Shown: one piece after another, positions 10,701 through 22,006 of the stretch
How positions within the stretch are numbered: position 1 is the first letter of the stretch
Layout: every line of letters starts with the position of its first letter
Origin: an uncultured Chloroflexia bacterium
GTDB lineage: Bacteria > Chloroflexota > Limnocylindria > Limnocylindrales > CSP1-4
Assembly: GCA_963781845.1 (NCBI GenBank)
Contig: CAWAHN010000004.1
Coordinates: 256,050 to 320,049 of the forward strand
DNA: 64,000 nt
Reading direction: 5' to 3'
The notes under the pieces: model-generated
What the model was told of the DNA's origin: nothing
The model's input: only the letters and a program-made list of their open reading frames with translations
Database searches by the model: none
Program-made: the position numbers and the translations under genes

Positions 10701-10750
10701 TCGCGGCCGAGGCGGACGAGCCCGTCGAGGCGCCGATCGCCGGTGCCTGA
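7745..10750 (+). CDS. polA: DNA polymerase I
   Basis: The 5' nuclease block is LLDGNGLIYRGYFAL...GYEADDVIGT...TGDLDMLQL...LKGDSTDNIPGVAGVGDKTA. Pol motifs are DYSQIELRILAH, RSMAKMVNFGIAYG and QVHDELLLE. The GTG at 7745 is preceded by TACACT at 7735-7740; an alternative ATG is at 7778. Confidence 0.95.
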   Translation: MSTPTASRGLPMERLMLLDGNGLIYRGYFALPPLTTSKGELVNAVFGFCSIVLRGFQDIDPTYVAVAFDLSGPTFRHERFADYKATRQRMPDDLRDQFPKVREVVKALRIPVYELAGYEADDVIGTLTVQAEREGLDTTIVTGDLDMLQLVTDRTRLMTTRSGVQNTIIYDPPRVLERYGLVPSQMIDFKALKGDSTDNIPGVAGVGDKTAAQLIQTFGSLEGLFERIDEVPREKLRSALIEARDRVLESRELMTIVRDLPVELDRDAARLGDYDREGVIRLFREYEFRTLIERLPALTGERADETVEALRTADAGEPIRAAQVAGRPTGWGPAPAGGSRVGQAPAPGSLVGQGSGLQLSLDFAAMDPASVGSGGPGWAPVSRGASGPVEPAADLPSALAAAIVDPAGRIELVTGDAIGAIEPWLATHPAVGAALVSDDPRPLAGTAIAMAVAGPDGRTIAVEGPADSARLRDLLARLGVGLVAHEAKPLLVEQFAAGGDGPGLRVAFDTQIAAYILNASLRSQTIADVVAEQLDLILPPAVELPPFARAGLEALSAITARDPLAAALEREKLDRLFTEIELPLIRVLARMEAVGVALDRDALSALDIEFRAEIERLEAEIYASVGHEFNLGSPKQLEQVLFTELDLPKGKRTKTGYSTDASVLEELRSAHPMVEGLLEWRTYTKLRSTYVEALPMLIASDGRLHTTFHQAVAATGRLSSSDPNLQNIPIRTPLGRRIRRAFVAGAPDVTLVAADYSQIELRILAHVSGDEHLRDAFARGADIHRETAARVLHKAPAEVTSDERSMAKMVNFGIAYGMSDFGLSTRAGIPRKEAQEFINTYFATYSGISYYMLHIKEQARQQGFVTTLLGRKRQIPELEARNPSLRAAGERMAINMPIQGTAADIIKIAMIRLAERLEEGGFRARPLLQVHDELLLEVPRDEVERLVPVLRSTMESALALDVPLTVDVKAGDDWESMIPLSRADAVAAEADEPVEAPIAGA

Positions 10751-11855
10751 GCTCCCGGAGGTCGAGACCGTCGCGCGGGACCTCCGGCCGCGCCTCGTCG
10801 GGGCGACGATCGTCGGTGCCCGGACGACCTGGGCGCGGACGCTCCGGACCCATACCCCCGAGGCATTCGCGGCGGGCGTGGTCGGCCGGCGCGTGGAGGC
10901 CGTCGGCCGGCGGGCGAAGCTCCTCGTCGTCGACCTGTCCGGCGACGCCGCCCTGACGATCCACCTCAAGATGACCGGTCAGCTGTTCATCGTCCCCGGC
11001 GACCTCCCGGTCGATCCCTACGTCCGACTCGTCCTCGAGCTCGACGACGGCCGCGAGCTCCGGTTCCGCGATATCCGCAAGTTCGGCAAGGTCGGCCTGT
11101 ACCCACGCGATCCGGCGACCGGCGCGCTCGTCACCGAGCCGGGCGGGGCCCTGGTCTTCGCCGGGCACGGACCGGAACCGCTCGATGAGGCGTTCACGCT
11201 CCGCGCGTTCCGGGCCAGGCTCCGCCGCCGCACCGGCCGGCTGAAGCCGCTCCTGCTCGACCAGGCGTTCGTGGCCGGCATCGGCAACATCTACGCCGAC
11301 GAAGCGCTGTGGGCCGCCCGCCTCCACCCGCTCCGGTCCGCGCCGTCGCTGCATCCGGCCGATGAACGGCGGCTGTACGAGGCGATCCGATCGATCCTGG
11401 CCGAGGCCGTCGAACGGCGAGGCTCGTCGATCGACGACTACACCGCTCCCGACGGCGACGGCCAGATGCAGGACCGTCTCGAGGTCTACCAGCGGACCGG
11501 CGAGCCCTGTCCGCGCTGCGGTCGGCCGATCCGGCGGATCGTCATCGGGGCACGTGCGACCCACTTCTGTTCGTGGTGCCAGCGGCTGTCGGCGGCCGAT
11601 CGCAAGCGGTCGAGCGCGATCCTGCGGACGATCGCCGGTGAAGCGGACGGGCCGACGGTCCGCGCCGGCGGGCGCTGGACCGAGCTGGCGGGCGACGGCG
11701 TCATCGGTCGGACGCCGGCCGAGGCGCCAGCGCGCCGAGCAGCGGGCCCGGACGGAGCGGACGAAGCGAGCCGCCGCCGGGCGCCGGGCGGCAGCTCGCG
11801 CGGCGATGTCGCCGGAGCCGGCCTCCCAGCAGCTCGACCCCGACGGGGCTCGGCG

Positions 11856-11859
<4 letters not shown>
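10743..11859 (+). CDS. mutM: Formamidopyrimidine-DNA glycosylase (MutM/Fpg) with a ~90-aa tail; as assembled the frame runs on into the ABC-F gene with no stop codon
   Basis: The N-terminus is the catalytic MPELPEVETVARDL. The H2TH block is IGNIYADEALWAARLHP. The zinc finger is CPRCGRPIRRIVIGARATHFCSWCQ, ending near 11585. A stop exists only in the +1 frame (TGA 11857-11859), overlapping the GTG of the next gene. The 3' boundary is therefore provisional. Confidence 0.8.
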
Positions 11860-13942
<2,083 letters not shown>

Positions 13943-13946
<4 letters not shown>

Positions 13947-14581
13947 CCCGCGCCCCGAGCGTCGGCCCGGTCCGGATCGGCCTGACCGGCCCGATCGGAT
14001 GCGGCAAGTCGACGGTCGCCGAGCGGCTGGTCGTCCGCGGCGCGCGGCTGATCGACGGCGACCGGCTGGCCCGCCAGGTGACCGAGCCCGGCGGGCCGGC
14101 GCTGACGCCGATCGTCGACCGGTTCGGGCCCGGCGTCCTCGGCGCGGACGGGTCGCTCGACCGGGCCGCGCTCGGCCGTCTCGTCTTCGCCGACCCGGCG
14201 GACCTGCGGGATCTCGAGGCCATCACCCATCCGCTCATCCGGCCCCTGGTCGTCGCGGCCCTCGAGGCGGCTGAGGGCTCGTCCGCCCCGGCCGTCGTCT
14301 TCGAGGCGATCCGCCTGGTCGAAGGCGGCTACGTCGACCTGCTCGACGAGGTCTGGCTCGTCACGTGCGCACCCGAGGTCCAGCGCGAGCGACTCGCCGG
14401 CCGCGGCCTCGACCCGGCCGAGTCGGACCGCCGGATCGCCGTCCAGGTCGGGCTCGTCGACCGGGTCAGGCCTCTGGCCGATCGGATCCTTGACACCGAT
14501 GGTCCCCTCGGCGAGACCCTCGCCGAGGTCGACCGGGCCTTCGACGCGGCCCTGCGTTCCGCAAGTCCGCCCAGCGAGTAG
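13943..14581 (+). CDS. coaE: Dephospho-CoA kinase
   Basis: The GTG start overlaps the ABC-F stop (GTGA at 13943-13946). The P-loop is IGLTGPIGCGKSTVA, followed by ...ITHPLIRP.... Confidence 0.88.
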
Positions 14582-14611
14582 GCCGCGTTCGGCGGCCCTC
14601 GGCGGCACGAT

Positions 14612-14660
14612 CGCGCCGAGCGGGCAGTCTCCCGCGCCGAGCGGGCAGTCTCCCGCGCGA
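14612..14660. repeat. Tandem repeat, 21-nt unit cgcgccgagcgggcagtctcc x2.3
   Basis: Two exact adjacent copies (14612-14632 and 14633-14653) plus a partial third, read directly from the sequence. It lies in the convergent intergenic region. Confidence 0.9.
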
Positions 14661-14788
14661 TACCGCCGACGGCGATCCTAAACGCGCGACTTCGGTCCCC
14701 AGGGCCCGTTCCGGACGAGATCCACGCTCACCGGGCCCGTGCGACGAGCCGGATCCCAGTCCATCGGCGCGATACCACCGTCCCCGGC

Positions 14789-14920
14789 GGCACGGCACAG
14801 CGGCTCGGCCGGCACGGCACAGGGGCTCGGCCCGCACGGCACAGCGGCTCGGCCGCCTCGGCCGCCTCGAGCGCCGACCGACCGCCTCGGCCGCGTCGGA
14901 CGCCGACCGACCGCCTCGGC
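14789..14920. repeat. Compound tandem repeats: 22-nt unit ggcacggcacagcggctcggcc x3, then a 29-nt-period unit containing cgccgaccgaccgcctcggc x2
   Basis: The 22-mer copies are at 14789-14810, 14811-14832 and 14833-14854, with 1-2 mismatches each. The 20-mer cores are at 14872-14891 and 14901-14920. Confidence 0.88.
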
Positions 14921-14970
14921 TGACGGCCGACCAGGACCGCGGCGGTGCGTCTCCCGGCGCCCGACGAGAC

Positions 14971-15837
14971 TCAGGGCGTCGGCGACTTGGATGGGCTCGG
15001 TGTCGGGGCGGGGGATGGGGACGGGGTCGATGCCGTCACCCGACCGCCGGTCGGCAGGGTCTGGGGGATCGGGAGGCCGTAGCGCTGGATGAGGAGGTTG
15101 GTCGTCTCACCCAATCGAGAGGCGTCGACAGATCGGGTGTCGTCGGGCGGTCGCAGCGCGAAGCTGAACGCCGCCGCGCCGCTGGCTTGGAGATGGCTGA
15201 TCTCCTCGGCGACCCCGGCCGGGACCTTGATGACGTAGAACGTCCCGGCCTTGGCCAGCACGACCAGGTCCTGGTAGGTCAGCTTGGTCGACTTGTCGGT
15301 GTAGTACTTGCCGGCCGCGGCGACGTCGTCCGGGATGGTGATCGTCGTCGTCACGAACACGTCGACCGTGTCACCGGCTCGGACGAGCCCGCCGACCGAG
15401 CGATCGTCTGGCACGGTCAGCGACACGGCGCGCCAGGCCTCGCTGTCGGGGCCGATCGTCTCGCCCGGCTGGAGGATCGAGAACTGCCCGCCCTGGGACT
15501 GCGAGGCGAGGAAGTTGGCGTAGACCGGCTGGCCCTCGAGAATGGTGACCCCGGGGATGAGCCCGATGACCTTGGTCGGGTCGGTGAACACGCCCTCCGC
15601 GTTGGTCGGGTCGATCGGCACGTCCCGGACGGTCACGTCGCTCGCCTCGATCGGCTTGCGGGCGGGGATCTGCTTGGTCGCTACCACGATCGCCGCGGTG
15701 GCACCCGAGCTGGCGGCCTGCTGCTGGGCCTGGCTGATCAGGTAGAACGCCGCGCCGCCCGCGACGACCGCCAGGATGAGGCCGACCACGATGACGAACT
15801 TGCCGCGCCCACGGCCGTCGTTGTACTCCATCTCCAT
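14971..15837 (-). CDS. cpaB: Flp/Tad pilus assembly protein CpaB (RcpC-like, SAF domain)
   Basis: The N-terminal TM helix is FVIVVGLILAVVAGGAAFYL. The SAF-like block is VVATKQIPARKPIEASDVTVRDVP...VIGLIPGVTILEGQPV, then RAVSLTV...GLVRAGDTVDVF. The tail is P/S/T-rich. Confidence 0.8.
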   Translation of the reverse strand: MEMEYNDGRGRGKFVIVVGLILAVVAGGAAFYLISQAQQQAASSGATAAIVVATKQIPARKPIEASDVTVRDVPIDPTNAEGVFTDPTKVIGLIPGVTILEGQPVYANFLASQSQGGQFSILQPGETIGPDSEAWRAVSLTVPDDRSVGGLVRAGDTVDVFVTTTITIPDDVAAAGKYYTDKSTKLTYQDLVVLAKAGTFYVIKVPAGVAEEISHLQASGAAAFSFALRPPDDTRSVDASRLGETTNLLIQRYGLPIPQTLPTGGRVTASTPSPSPAPTPSPSKSPTP

Positions 15838-15970
15838 TCGGTCGAGGATCCTCCGCGGTCGTCAGCGCTGGGGTCGGGTGGGCCGCTCGATCATCGCGAC
15901 CCGCGCGGGCCGATCCCACGCCTCGGAAGTACGGGTCGAGCCCTCCGTTGGGTCGGGGGCGCGCCTACGG

Positions 15971-17560
15971 TCACGGCAGGACGAGGTGGACCGGGTTGCC
16001 CCGGATCGACACCTGCCAGGTGGTCGTGTCGGTCGTCGTGCTGTCGAACGAGTAGCGGATCTTCCACCAGCCGCCGAGCGTCCCGGCCGGCTCACCCGGC
16101 GGCAGGGGGGCGGTGTAGGTCTTGGGCAGCGGGATGGTCAGGGTGACCCACGAGTTGTTGTATTGGCCCACGCCGGCGATGGTCGTCTTGAGCGACGTGA
16201 CATTCGAGCCGCTCTTGGAGCCGGTCGCATTGGAATCGGCGGTGTAGCTGAAGGTGGCCGGGGTGTAGCCCGTCGCGGTCGGCTTGAGCACCTCGATGCT
16301 CGAGTTCCCCGACGCGTCGCCGGGGTCGAACAGCTGGACGACCATCGTCTTGCCGGCGTGGACGGCCTCGATCCGGCCGAGATAGAACAGCGTCGTCCCG
16401 TTGGCCACGTTGGCGTAGATCACCATCTTGCCCAGGCCGTAGACGTAGGCCTTGTAGACGGGATCCGAGCTGACGGCGCGGAGCGCCCACATGTTCTCGG
16501 CACTCGTGCCCTTCTGGTCGTTGACGTTGACGGGGTTCGTGGTCGTGACCTGGAGGCGGTAGGTCCCGGGCGTCGTGACGGTCGTCAGCGTCCACCATTG
16601 GTTGTGATACGGGTCGCTGGTGCAGTCCGGCAGGGCGAAGAAGCTCGCCCCGGGCCAGCTGGCGTTGGTGTCCCGGAGCGCGGCGCTCTTGTCGACCTGG
16701 CGGTCGCCCTCGAATAGCGTCCCGCTCGACGCGACGACAACATCGTCCGAGTAGTCGAGCGGCGTCGAGGCAGGGTCCGACCAGAGCGTGTAATAGGTCG
16801 ACACGGCGGGCCAGCCGCCGAGGTTCCAGGGGATCCAGTGGTCGCCGGTGCCCTTCTTGTCGTCCACGGCGCAGAAGGTCGGGTCGTACAGGTCGATGTT
16901 CGTCGAGCCCGCGCCGGCCGGGACGTCGATGGCGTACTGGTAGCCGTTCGGGTCGTACTGGTTGTTCTGGGTCGGGCTCGGGTTGTAGTACGTGCCGTAG
17001 GCGTCGCCCGCCGACCGGTTCGTGCCCTGCGCTTCGGCGGCCGCCCAGAAGAAGCCCGAGTTGTCGCCGTAGATCGACAGCGGGCTGCCCATCGGGACCG
17101 GCAGGGTGTACTCGGCGGTGGCGACCCGGGTGACGCGGACGGTCGACACGCCGATGATCCGGAGGAAGTAGGTCTGGGCATTGACCGACACGGTCACGTC
17201 CAGCCGCCGGTTCGACTCGAGGTTGATCGCCGGGGTGACGGTCGCCCCGGTCGCCACCGCGTAGCCGTTCTTGGCCGCCTCGGCCTGGGCCTTGCTCGAC
17301 GCGGTCGGGAAGTCGCCGGGCATGTACGGCACGCCGGCCAGCGCCGCGGCTTCGGCGGCGTGTTGAGCGTGGAGCGACGAGTTCCACAGGTTGCCGACGT
17401 CGACGACGATGGCCAGGACTCCGAAGAGCAGACCGGTCGACAGGGCGAACATCACGAGGATCTGGCCGCCCCGGACGGCCGACCGACGGTCGATCGGCGG
17501 CTCCGGATCGGAGGGGCCGGCCGATGGTCGTCCGTCTCGCGCCGGATGCCGGCCGGTCAC
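15971..17560 (-). CDS. TadG-like (TadE/G-like N-terminal domain) large pilus-associated protein
   Basis: The N-terminus GGQILVMFALSTGLLFGVLAIVVDVGNLW matches the TadE/G-like membrane anchor. It is followed by ~480 aa of beta-rich extracellular sequence. The GTG start overlaps the upstream tadE stop (GTGA at 17557-17560). Confidence 0.7.
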   Translation of the reverse strand: MTGRHPARDGRPSAGPSDPEPPIDRRSAVRGGQILVMFALSTGLLFGVLAIVVDVGNLWNSSLHAQHAAEAAALAGVPYMPGDFPTASSKAQAEAAKNGYAVATGATVTPAINLESNRRLDVTVSVNAQTYFLRIIGVSTVRVTRVATAEYTLPVPMGSPLSIYGDNSGFFWAAAEAQGTNRSAGDAYGTYYNPSPTQNNQYDPNGYQYAIDVPAGAGSTNIDLYDPTFCAVDDKKGTGDHWIPWNLGGWPAVSTYYTLWSDPASTPLDYSDDVVVASSGTLFEGDRQVDKSAALRDTNASWPGASFFALPDCTSDPYHNQWWTLTTVTTPGTYRLQVTTTNPVNVNDQKGTSAENMWALRAVSSDPVYKAYVYGLGKMVIYANVANGTTLFYLGRIEAVHAGKTMVVQLFDPGDASGNSSIEVLKPTATGYTPATFSYTADSNATGSKSGSNVTSLKTTIAGVGQYNNSWVTLTIPLPKTYTAPLPPGEPAGTLGGWWKIRYSFDSTTTDTTTWQVSIRGNPVHLVLP

Positions 17561-18138
17561 GGCGTCGGCTCGAGGTGCATGACCGTCGTGTCGGTCATCG
17601 GGATCGTGGTGTAGGGCGGCATCCCGCCGAAGAACAGGCCGAGCAGGTTGCCGAGCGGGGTGGTCGGGTGGAAGTCGTAGCGGACGCGGACGCCGATCGA
17701 GTCCCCGTTGAGGCCGACGACCCGGCTGGTCGCCGGCCAGCCGGCGACCCCGATGAGGGTCCCGAACCGGTCGTAGCGGTCGATGGCTCCGCCGACCGGC
17801 TTGCCGTCGGCGCCAGCCTTGAAGATCTCGATGTAGTTGATGTTCTCGACGAGGATCGGATCGGTCAGCCCACGCTGGACCGCCGCCAGGATGATCGGGT
17901 CCACCGTGTCCGGGTACGAGCCGCCGTTGCCCAGGGTCGCCCCGACGCGAGCGCCCTCGCGGACGGCGTACGCCATCGCCGTCCGATGGTCGTAGGCGGA
18001 GCCGAACTCGAGCATGCCCATCAGGATCATCAGGAAGACGGGCAGGATGAGGGTGAACTCGACGAGCGCCTGGCCGCGCGAGCGCGCCCGGTCGGGTCGG
18101 CGTCGGCGGACCGACGGTCGGCCGTGCGCCAGCGTCAT
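17557..18138 (-). CDS. tadE: TadE-like pseudopilin/pilus assembly protein
   Basis: The internal ATG at 18136-18138 gives MTLAHGR...GQALVEFTLILPVFLMILMGMLEFG, the TadE N-terminal signature. It overlaps the upstream gene by ATGA. The long 434-aa ORF version is Arg-rich noise upstream of this start. Confidence 0.8.
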   Translation of the reverse strand: MTLAHGRPSVRRRRPDRARSRGQALVEFTLILPVFLMILMGMLEFGSAYDHRTAMAYAVREGARVGATLGNGGSYPDTVDPIILAAVQRGLTDPILVENINYIEIFKAGADGKPVGGAIDRYDRFGTLIGVAGWPATSRVVGLNGDSIGVRVRYDFHPTTPLGNLLGLFFGGMPPYTTIPMTDTTVMHLEPTP

Positions 18139-18722
18139 TGCTTGGGCTCCATCCGGAGGGTCGCCCCGTCCGAGACCCCCCACGTTCGCCCGGATCCGAT
18201 CGGGGTGATGCCGGCGTACAGGTACGCGATCCGGACGCCGACGACGTCGAGACCTTCGGCCAGCGAGTCGTGTCGATCGGCCTGCGGGTAACCCTCGGTG
18301 CCGACCAGCGAGTACGGCTCGTCCTCGGAGCCGGGGCAGTCGAGGGTGCCGGCCCGGACGTACACGTTCGAGATCCCGGGGATGGGGTCGCCGTTCGCGT
18401 CGGACTTGTAGATCAGGACCGAGGTGACCCTGGACTTGTCGATCGGGGCCGTCAGCGCGCGCTCGACCGCCTTGAGGATGGAGCAGTCGGCGCCGTCGAC
18501 GCCACCGGCCTGGGCGGCAGCGCTGACGCCCTGCCGGGAGGCGTACTGGACGGTCAGGATGTTGTTGTAGAGGAAGCCGAACTCGAGCACGCCCATCATC
18601 AGCAGGACGAAGATCGGCAGCGTCAGGGCGAACTCGACCAGGCCCTGCCCGGCCTCTGCCGGACGCCCGCTGAGCCGGCGGCGGCGAACGTCGCGCACCA
18701 TCCCTGACCCGTTCCTCTCCAC
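18135..18722 (-). CDS. tadE: TadE-like pseudopilin/pilus assembly protein (second copy)
   Basis: It carries the [26 protein letters not shown]-terminal signature. It is the first gene of the tadE-tadE-tadG string. Confidence 0.8.
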   Translation of the reverse strand: MERNGSGMVRDVRRRRLSGRPAEAGQGLVEFALTLPIFVLLMMGVLEFGFLYNNILTVQYASRQGVSAAAQAGGVDGADCSILKAVERALTAPIDKSRVTSVLIYKSDANGDPIPGISNVYVRAGTLDCPGSEDEPYSLVGTEGYPQADRHDSLAEGLDVVGVRIAYLYAGITPIGSGRTWGVSDGATLRMEPKQ

Positions 18723-18925
18723 CTCGACCGACGGGGAGTCTCAAGTCCGCGCGCACTCCGACCGGGCCGTCGTCCGAGGATGACAGGGAGCCCTCCGCAG
18801 CCCGAGAGGGCAATTCGTCCCGAGCGTGTCGCGCGTTCGTACGGGAGTGGCGCGGACGCACCGCTCCGACCTCCCCGACCGAGGCCGGTCGAACCCAGAA
18901 CGCCCGTTCGGTTTGCCTGCCTCCG

Positions 18926-18934
18926 TGCTATCCT
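18926..18934 (+). promoter_or_regulatory. Candidate extended -10 (TGcTATCCT) placed 6 nt upstream of the uvrB ATG (possible leaderless transcript)
   Basis: A TGnTANNNT match lies in the divergent tadE/uvrB intergenic region. There is no Shine-Dalgarno sequence between it and ATG 18941. Confidence 0.35.
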
Positions 18935-18940
18935 TCGGCG

Positions 18941-21313
18941 ATGCCCGAGTTCAAGATGGTCGCCGACTTCCAGCCGACCGGGGACCAACCCGCGGCGATC
19001 GAGCGCCTCGTCGATGGCCTGGCCAAGGGCCTCCGTCACCAGACCCTCCTCGGAGCGACCGGCACGGGCAAGACGGCGACGATCGCCTGGACCATCGCCC
19101 AGCACCAGCGGCCGACGCTCGTTCTGGCCCACAACAAGACCCTGGCGGCGCAGCTCTATGCCGAGTTCCGGGAGTTCTTCCCGGACAACGCGGTCGAGTA
19201 CTTCGTGAGCTACTTCGACTACTACCAGCCCGAGGCCTACCTGCCGCGCTCCGACACGTACATCGAGAAGGACTCGAGCCGGAACGACGAGATCGACAAG
19301 CTTCGCCACGCCGCGACGCATGCGCTGTTCGAGCGTCGGGACGTCATCATCGTGGCCAGCGTCAGCTGCATCTACGGGCTCGGCGCGCCGGTCGACTACG
19401 GGGCGACCGTGCTCCGCCTGCGCAAGGGCGGCCAATACCGGCGTGACGCGGTCCTCCGCCATCTGGTCGATCTGCAGTACCAGCGCAACGACCAGGCGCT
19501 CCAGCGCGCGCGCTTCCGCGTCCGCGGCGACACGCTCGAGATCGGGCCCGCATCGGACGACCGGATCGTCCGGGTCGAGTTCTTCGGCGACGAGGTCGAG
19601 CGCATCACCGAGGTCGATCCGCTCACGGGCGAGCTCCTGGCCGAGCGGAACGACCTCAACGTCTACCCCGCGACCCACTTCGTCACGCCGGCCGACAAGC
19701 TCGGCGAGGCGCTCGTCGATATCGAAGCGGAGATGGAGCTCCGGGTCGGTGAGATGGAGGCGCAGGGCCGCATCCTCGAGGCCGCCCGGCTCCGCCAGCG
19801 GACGACCTTCGACCTCGAGATGATGCGCGAGCTGGGCTACTGCTCCGGCGTCGAGAACTACAGCCGGCACCTCGCCCGGCGGGCGCCGGGATCACGCCCG
19901 TGGACCCTCCTCGACTACTTCCCGCCGGACTGGCTGCTCGTCGTCGACGAGAGCCACATGTCGATCCCGCAGGTGGTCGGCATGTACAAGAACGATCGGA
20001 CCCGCAAGGAGATCCTGGTCGACTTCGGGTTCCGTCTGCCGTCGGCCCTCGACAACCGACCGCTGACCTTCGAGGAGTTCGAAGCGACGGTCCGCCAGGC
20101 GATCTACCTGAGCGCCACGCCCGGACCGTACGAGCTCGAACGGAGCGAACGGATCGTCGAGCAGCTCATCCGGCCGACCGGCGTCGTCGACCCACAGATC
20201 TCGGTCCGCCCGACCGAGGGCCAGATCGACGACCTCCTCGAGGAGATCCGGGGACGGGTCGAGCGAGGCGAGCGATCGATCGTCACGACGCTGACCAAGA
20301 AGATGGCCGAGGACCTGGCCGACTACCTGCACGAGCTCGGGGTCAAGGTCCAGTACCTCCACAGCGAGGTCGACACCCTGGAGCGCGTCTCGATCCTGCG
20401 CGACCTGCGCCTCGGCGTGTTCGACGTCCTGGTCGGGATCAACCTGCTCCGCGAGGGGATCGACCTGCCCGAGGTCACCCTCGTCGCGATCATCGATGCC
20501 GACAAGGAAGGGTTCCTGCGGAGCGCCTGGTCGCTCATCCAGATGATCGGACGGGCCGCTCGCAACATCGGTGGGGAAGTGGTCATGTACGCCGACCGCG
20601 TGACCGAGTCGATGCAGGCGGCGATCGACGAGACCAACCGTCGCCGGGAGATCCAGACCCGCTACAACGTCGAGCATGGGATCGAGCCGACGACGATCGT
20701 CAAGGAGATCCACGACATCAACGAGCGACTGCGGGCGGTGGCCGAGACCAGCGAGGTCTACGTCGCCGGTGCTCCGGCCGGCCGCTACGGGCCGCGCGAT
20801 CTCGGTGCCCAGAGCGTCGCCCAGATCGAGACGCTGATCGCCCGGATGGAAGCGGACATGCGCAACGCGGCGAAGAACCTCGAGTTCGAGCGCGCGGCGG
20901 CGCTCCGTGACGAGGTCCAGCAGATCCGGCTCCGGGTCCTCGAGCAGGATGCCTCGGCGGACGTGGCGAGGGCGGCCGAGCTCGCCGGGCGCACCGAGCC
21001 GTCGCCGGCCGGCGCGAGCGGCTCGCGGGCCACATCGACGCGTCGACCCGGTCAGCGGGCGAAGGAGCCGGCCGCGGTCGCCCTGGAGGTCACCACCGTC
21101 ACGGTCCTGCCGGCGCTCGCCGAGGAACCGGCCGAGACGCTCGAGGAGACGGCCGCGGCCACGGCCTCCGACTGGCTGCCGGGGATCCGCGACGAGCACG
21201 ACGACGATGGCGGCTGGCAGGCCCGCTGGCTCGATCGCCCGACCTGGGATCGGACGGTCACCCCGAACGTCGTGAAACGGACGGGGGGTCGTCCGCCGCG
21301 CCGACGACGATAG
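18941..21313 (+). CDS. uvrB: Excinuclease ABC subunit B, with ~120-aa C-terminal extension
   Basis: Blocks present: [10 protein letters not shown]...[20 protein letters not shown], the helicase C block, and the UVR motif [17 protein letters not shown]. Then comes an A/E/P/T-rich tail ending in Arg-rich residues. Confidence 0.95.
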   Translation: MPEFKMVADFQPTGDQPAAIERLVDGLAKGLRHQTLLGATGTGKTATIAWTIAQHQRPTLVLAHNKTLAAQLYAEFREFFPDNAVEYFVSYFDYYQPEAYLPRSDTYIEKDSSRNDEIDKLRHAATHALFERRDVIIVASVSCIYGLGAPVDYGATVLRLRKGGQYRRDAVLRHLVDLQYQRNDQALQRARFRVRGDTLEIGPASDDRIVRVEFFGDEVERITEVDPLTGELLAERNDLNVYPATHFVTPADKLGEALVDIEAEMELRVGEMEAQGRILEAARLRQRTTFDLEMMRELGYCSGVENYSRHLARRAPGSRPWTLLDYFPPDWLLVVDESHMSIPQVVGMYKNDRTRKEILVDFGFRLPSALDNRPLTFEEFEATVRQAIYLSATPGPYELERSERIVEQLIRPTGVVDPQISVRPTEGQIDDLLEEIRGRVERGERSIVTTLTKKMAEDLADYLHELGVKVQYLHSEVDTLERVSILRDLRLGVFDVLVGINLLREGIDLPEVTLVAIIDADKEGFLRSAWSLIQMIGRAARNIGGEVVMYADRVTESMQAAIDETNRRREIQTRYNVEHGIEPTTIVKEIHDINERLRAVAETSEVYVAGAPAGRYGPRDLGAQSVAQIETLIARMEADMRNAAKNLEFERAAALRDEVQQIRLRVLEQDASADVARAAELAGRTEPSPAGASGSRATSTRRPGQRAKEPAAVALEVTTVTVLPALAEEPAETLEETAAATASDWLPGIRDEHDDDGGWQARWLDRPTWDRTVTPNVVKRTGGRPPRRRR

Positions 21314-21382
21314 GCCGTCGTGGGCCGTGGCCGTCGCGGGCGTCCCCGTCGTCGCTCGCGGGAGCAGGACCGACGCCCACCA

Positions 21383-21895
21383 TCACGTGAGGATCGGCTC
21401 GAGCCGAGCGCGAAGCCGACCGCGCGCGCGGCACAGCAGGGCTCGCGTCGCGAGCTCGGTGCGGCCGAGCTCCGTCGCGATCTCCCGACCGTGGTACCCG
21501 TTGGCGGCCAGCACGACCGCCTGACGGTCGGCCGGTGACGCCTCGCGGAGCGCTCCGACGAGCGCCGCGTCGCGTTCCCGTTCGAGGGCGGTCTGCTCGG
21601 GTGACGGCATCTCGGTCGGCTGCGTGAGTCGATCCAGCGACCGCTGGGCGGTCTGGCGACGCCGCGCCCGGCTGATCGCCAGGTTCCGCCCGACCGTCAT
21701 GGCCCAGGCGGCCGGCCGATCGGGCACACGTCCCTGGCGAGCCTCGACGAGGAGTCGGAGGGCGACCTCCTGGACGAGGTCGGCGGCCTCGTCGGGGTCC
21801 CGGGTGAAGGCCGTCAACGCCCGTTGCAGGGCGGCTCCGTGTTCATCGAGATAGGCCACGACGATCGCGTCGCCGTCGACCGATGCTGGGTCCAT
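21383..21895 (-). CDS. ECF-type sigma-70 family factor (no adjacent anti-sigma gene)
   Basis: Region 2 is DEAADLVQEVALRLL...PAAWAMTVGRNLAISRAR. Region 4 is RQAVVLAANGYHGREIATELGRTELATRALLCRARGRL. Confidence 0.8.
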   Translation of the reverse strand: MDPASVDGDAIVVAYLDEHGAALQRALTAFTRDPDEAADLVQEVALRLLVEARQGRVPDRPAAWAMTVGRNLAISRARRRQTAQRSLDRLTQPTEMPSPEQTALERERDAALVGALREASPADRQAVVLAANGYHGREIATELGRTELATRALLCRARGRLRARLEPILT

Positions 21896-22006
21896 CGAAA
21901 CCTCCCGTACCGGCCGTGCGGCCGATAGGGCAGGTATGGGTGGGCCCCGTATCCCGAGTCATGAGGCAGCGGTCCCGCACGGCCGGGAACCCGACCGGGA
22001 ACCGAT

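Noticed and set aside
7661-10969. Very long antisense ORFs: 1102 aa here, and similar ones at 10647-13805 (-), 25290-27638 (-), 31270-34908 (-) and 47152-49032 (-).
   Set aside because: They lie exactly opposite strongly supported genes (polA, mutM/ABC-F, uvrA, uvrC/secD/secF and the solute-binding protein). Their products are Arg/Pro/Gly/Asp-rich with no motifs. They are the expected stop-free shadows of a ~70% GC genome.
14612-14920. A possible CRISPR array, considered because of repeated 21-22-nt units. The 33-nt repeat pair at 49576-49650 was considered for the same reason.
   Set aside because: The units are directly tandem or separated by a single 9-nt gap, with no unique 25-40-nt spacers. 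Only 2-3 copies are present, and there are no cas genes in the window.
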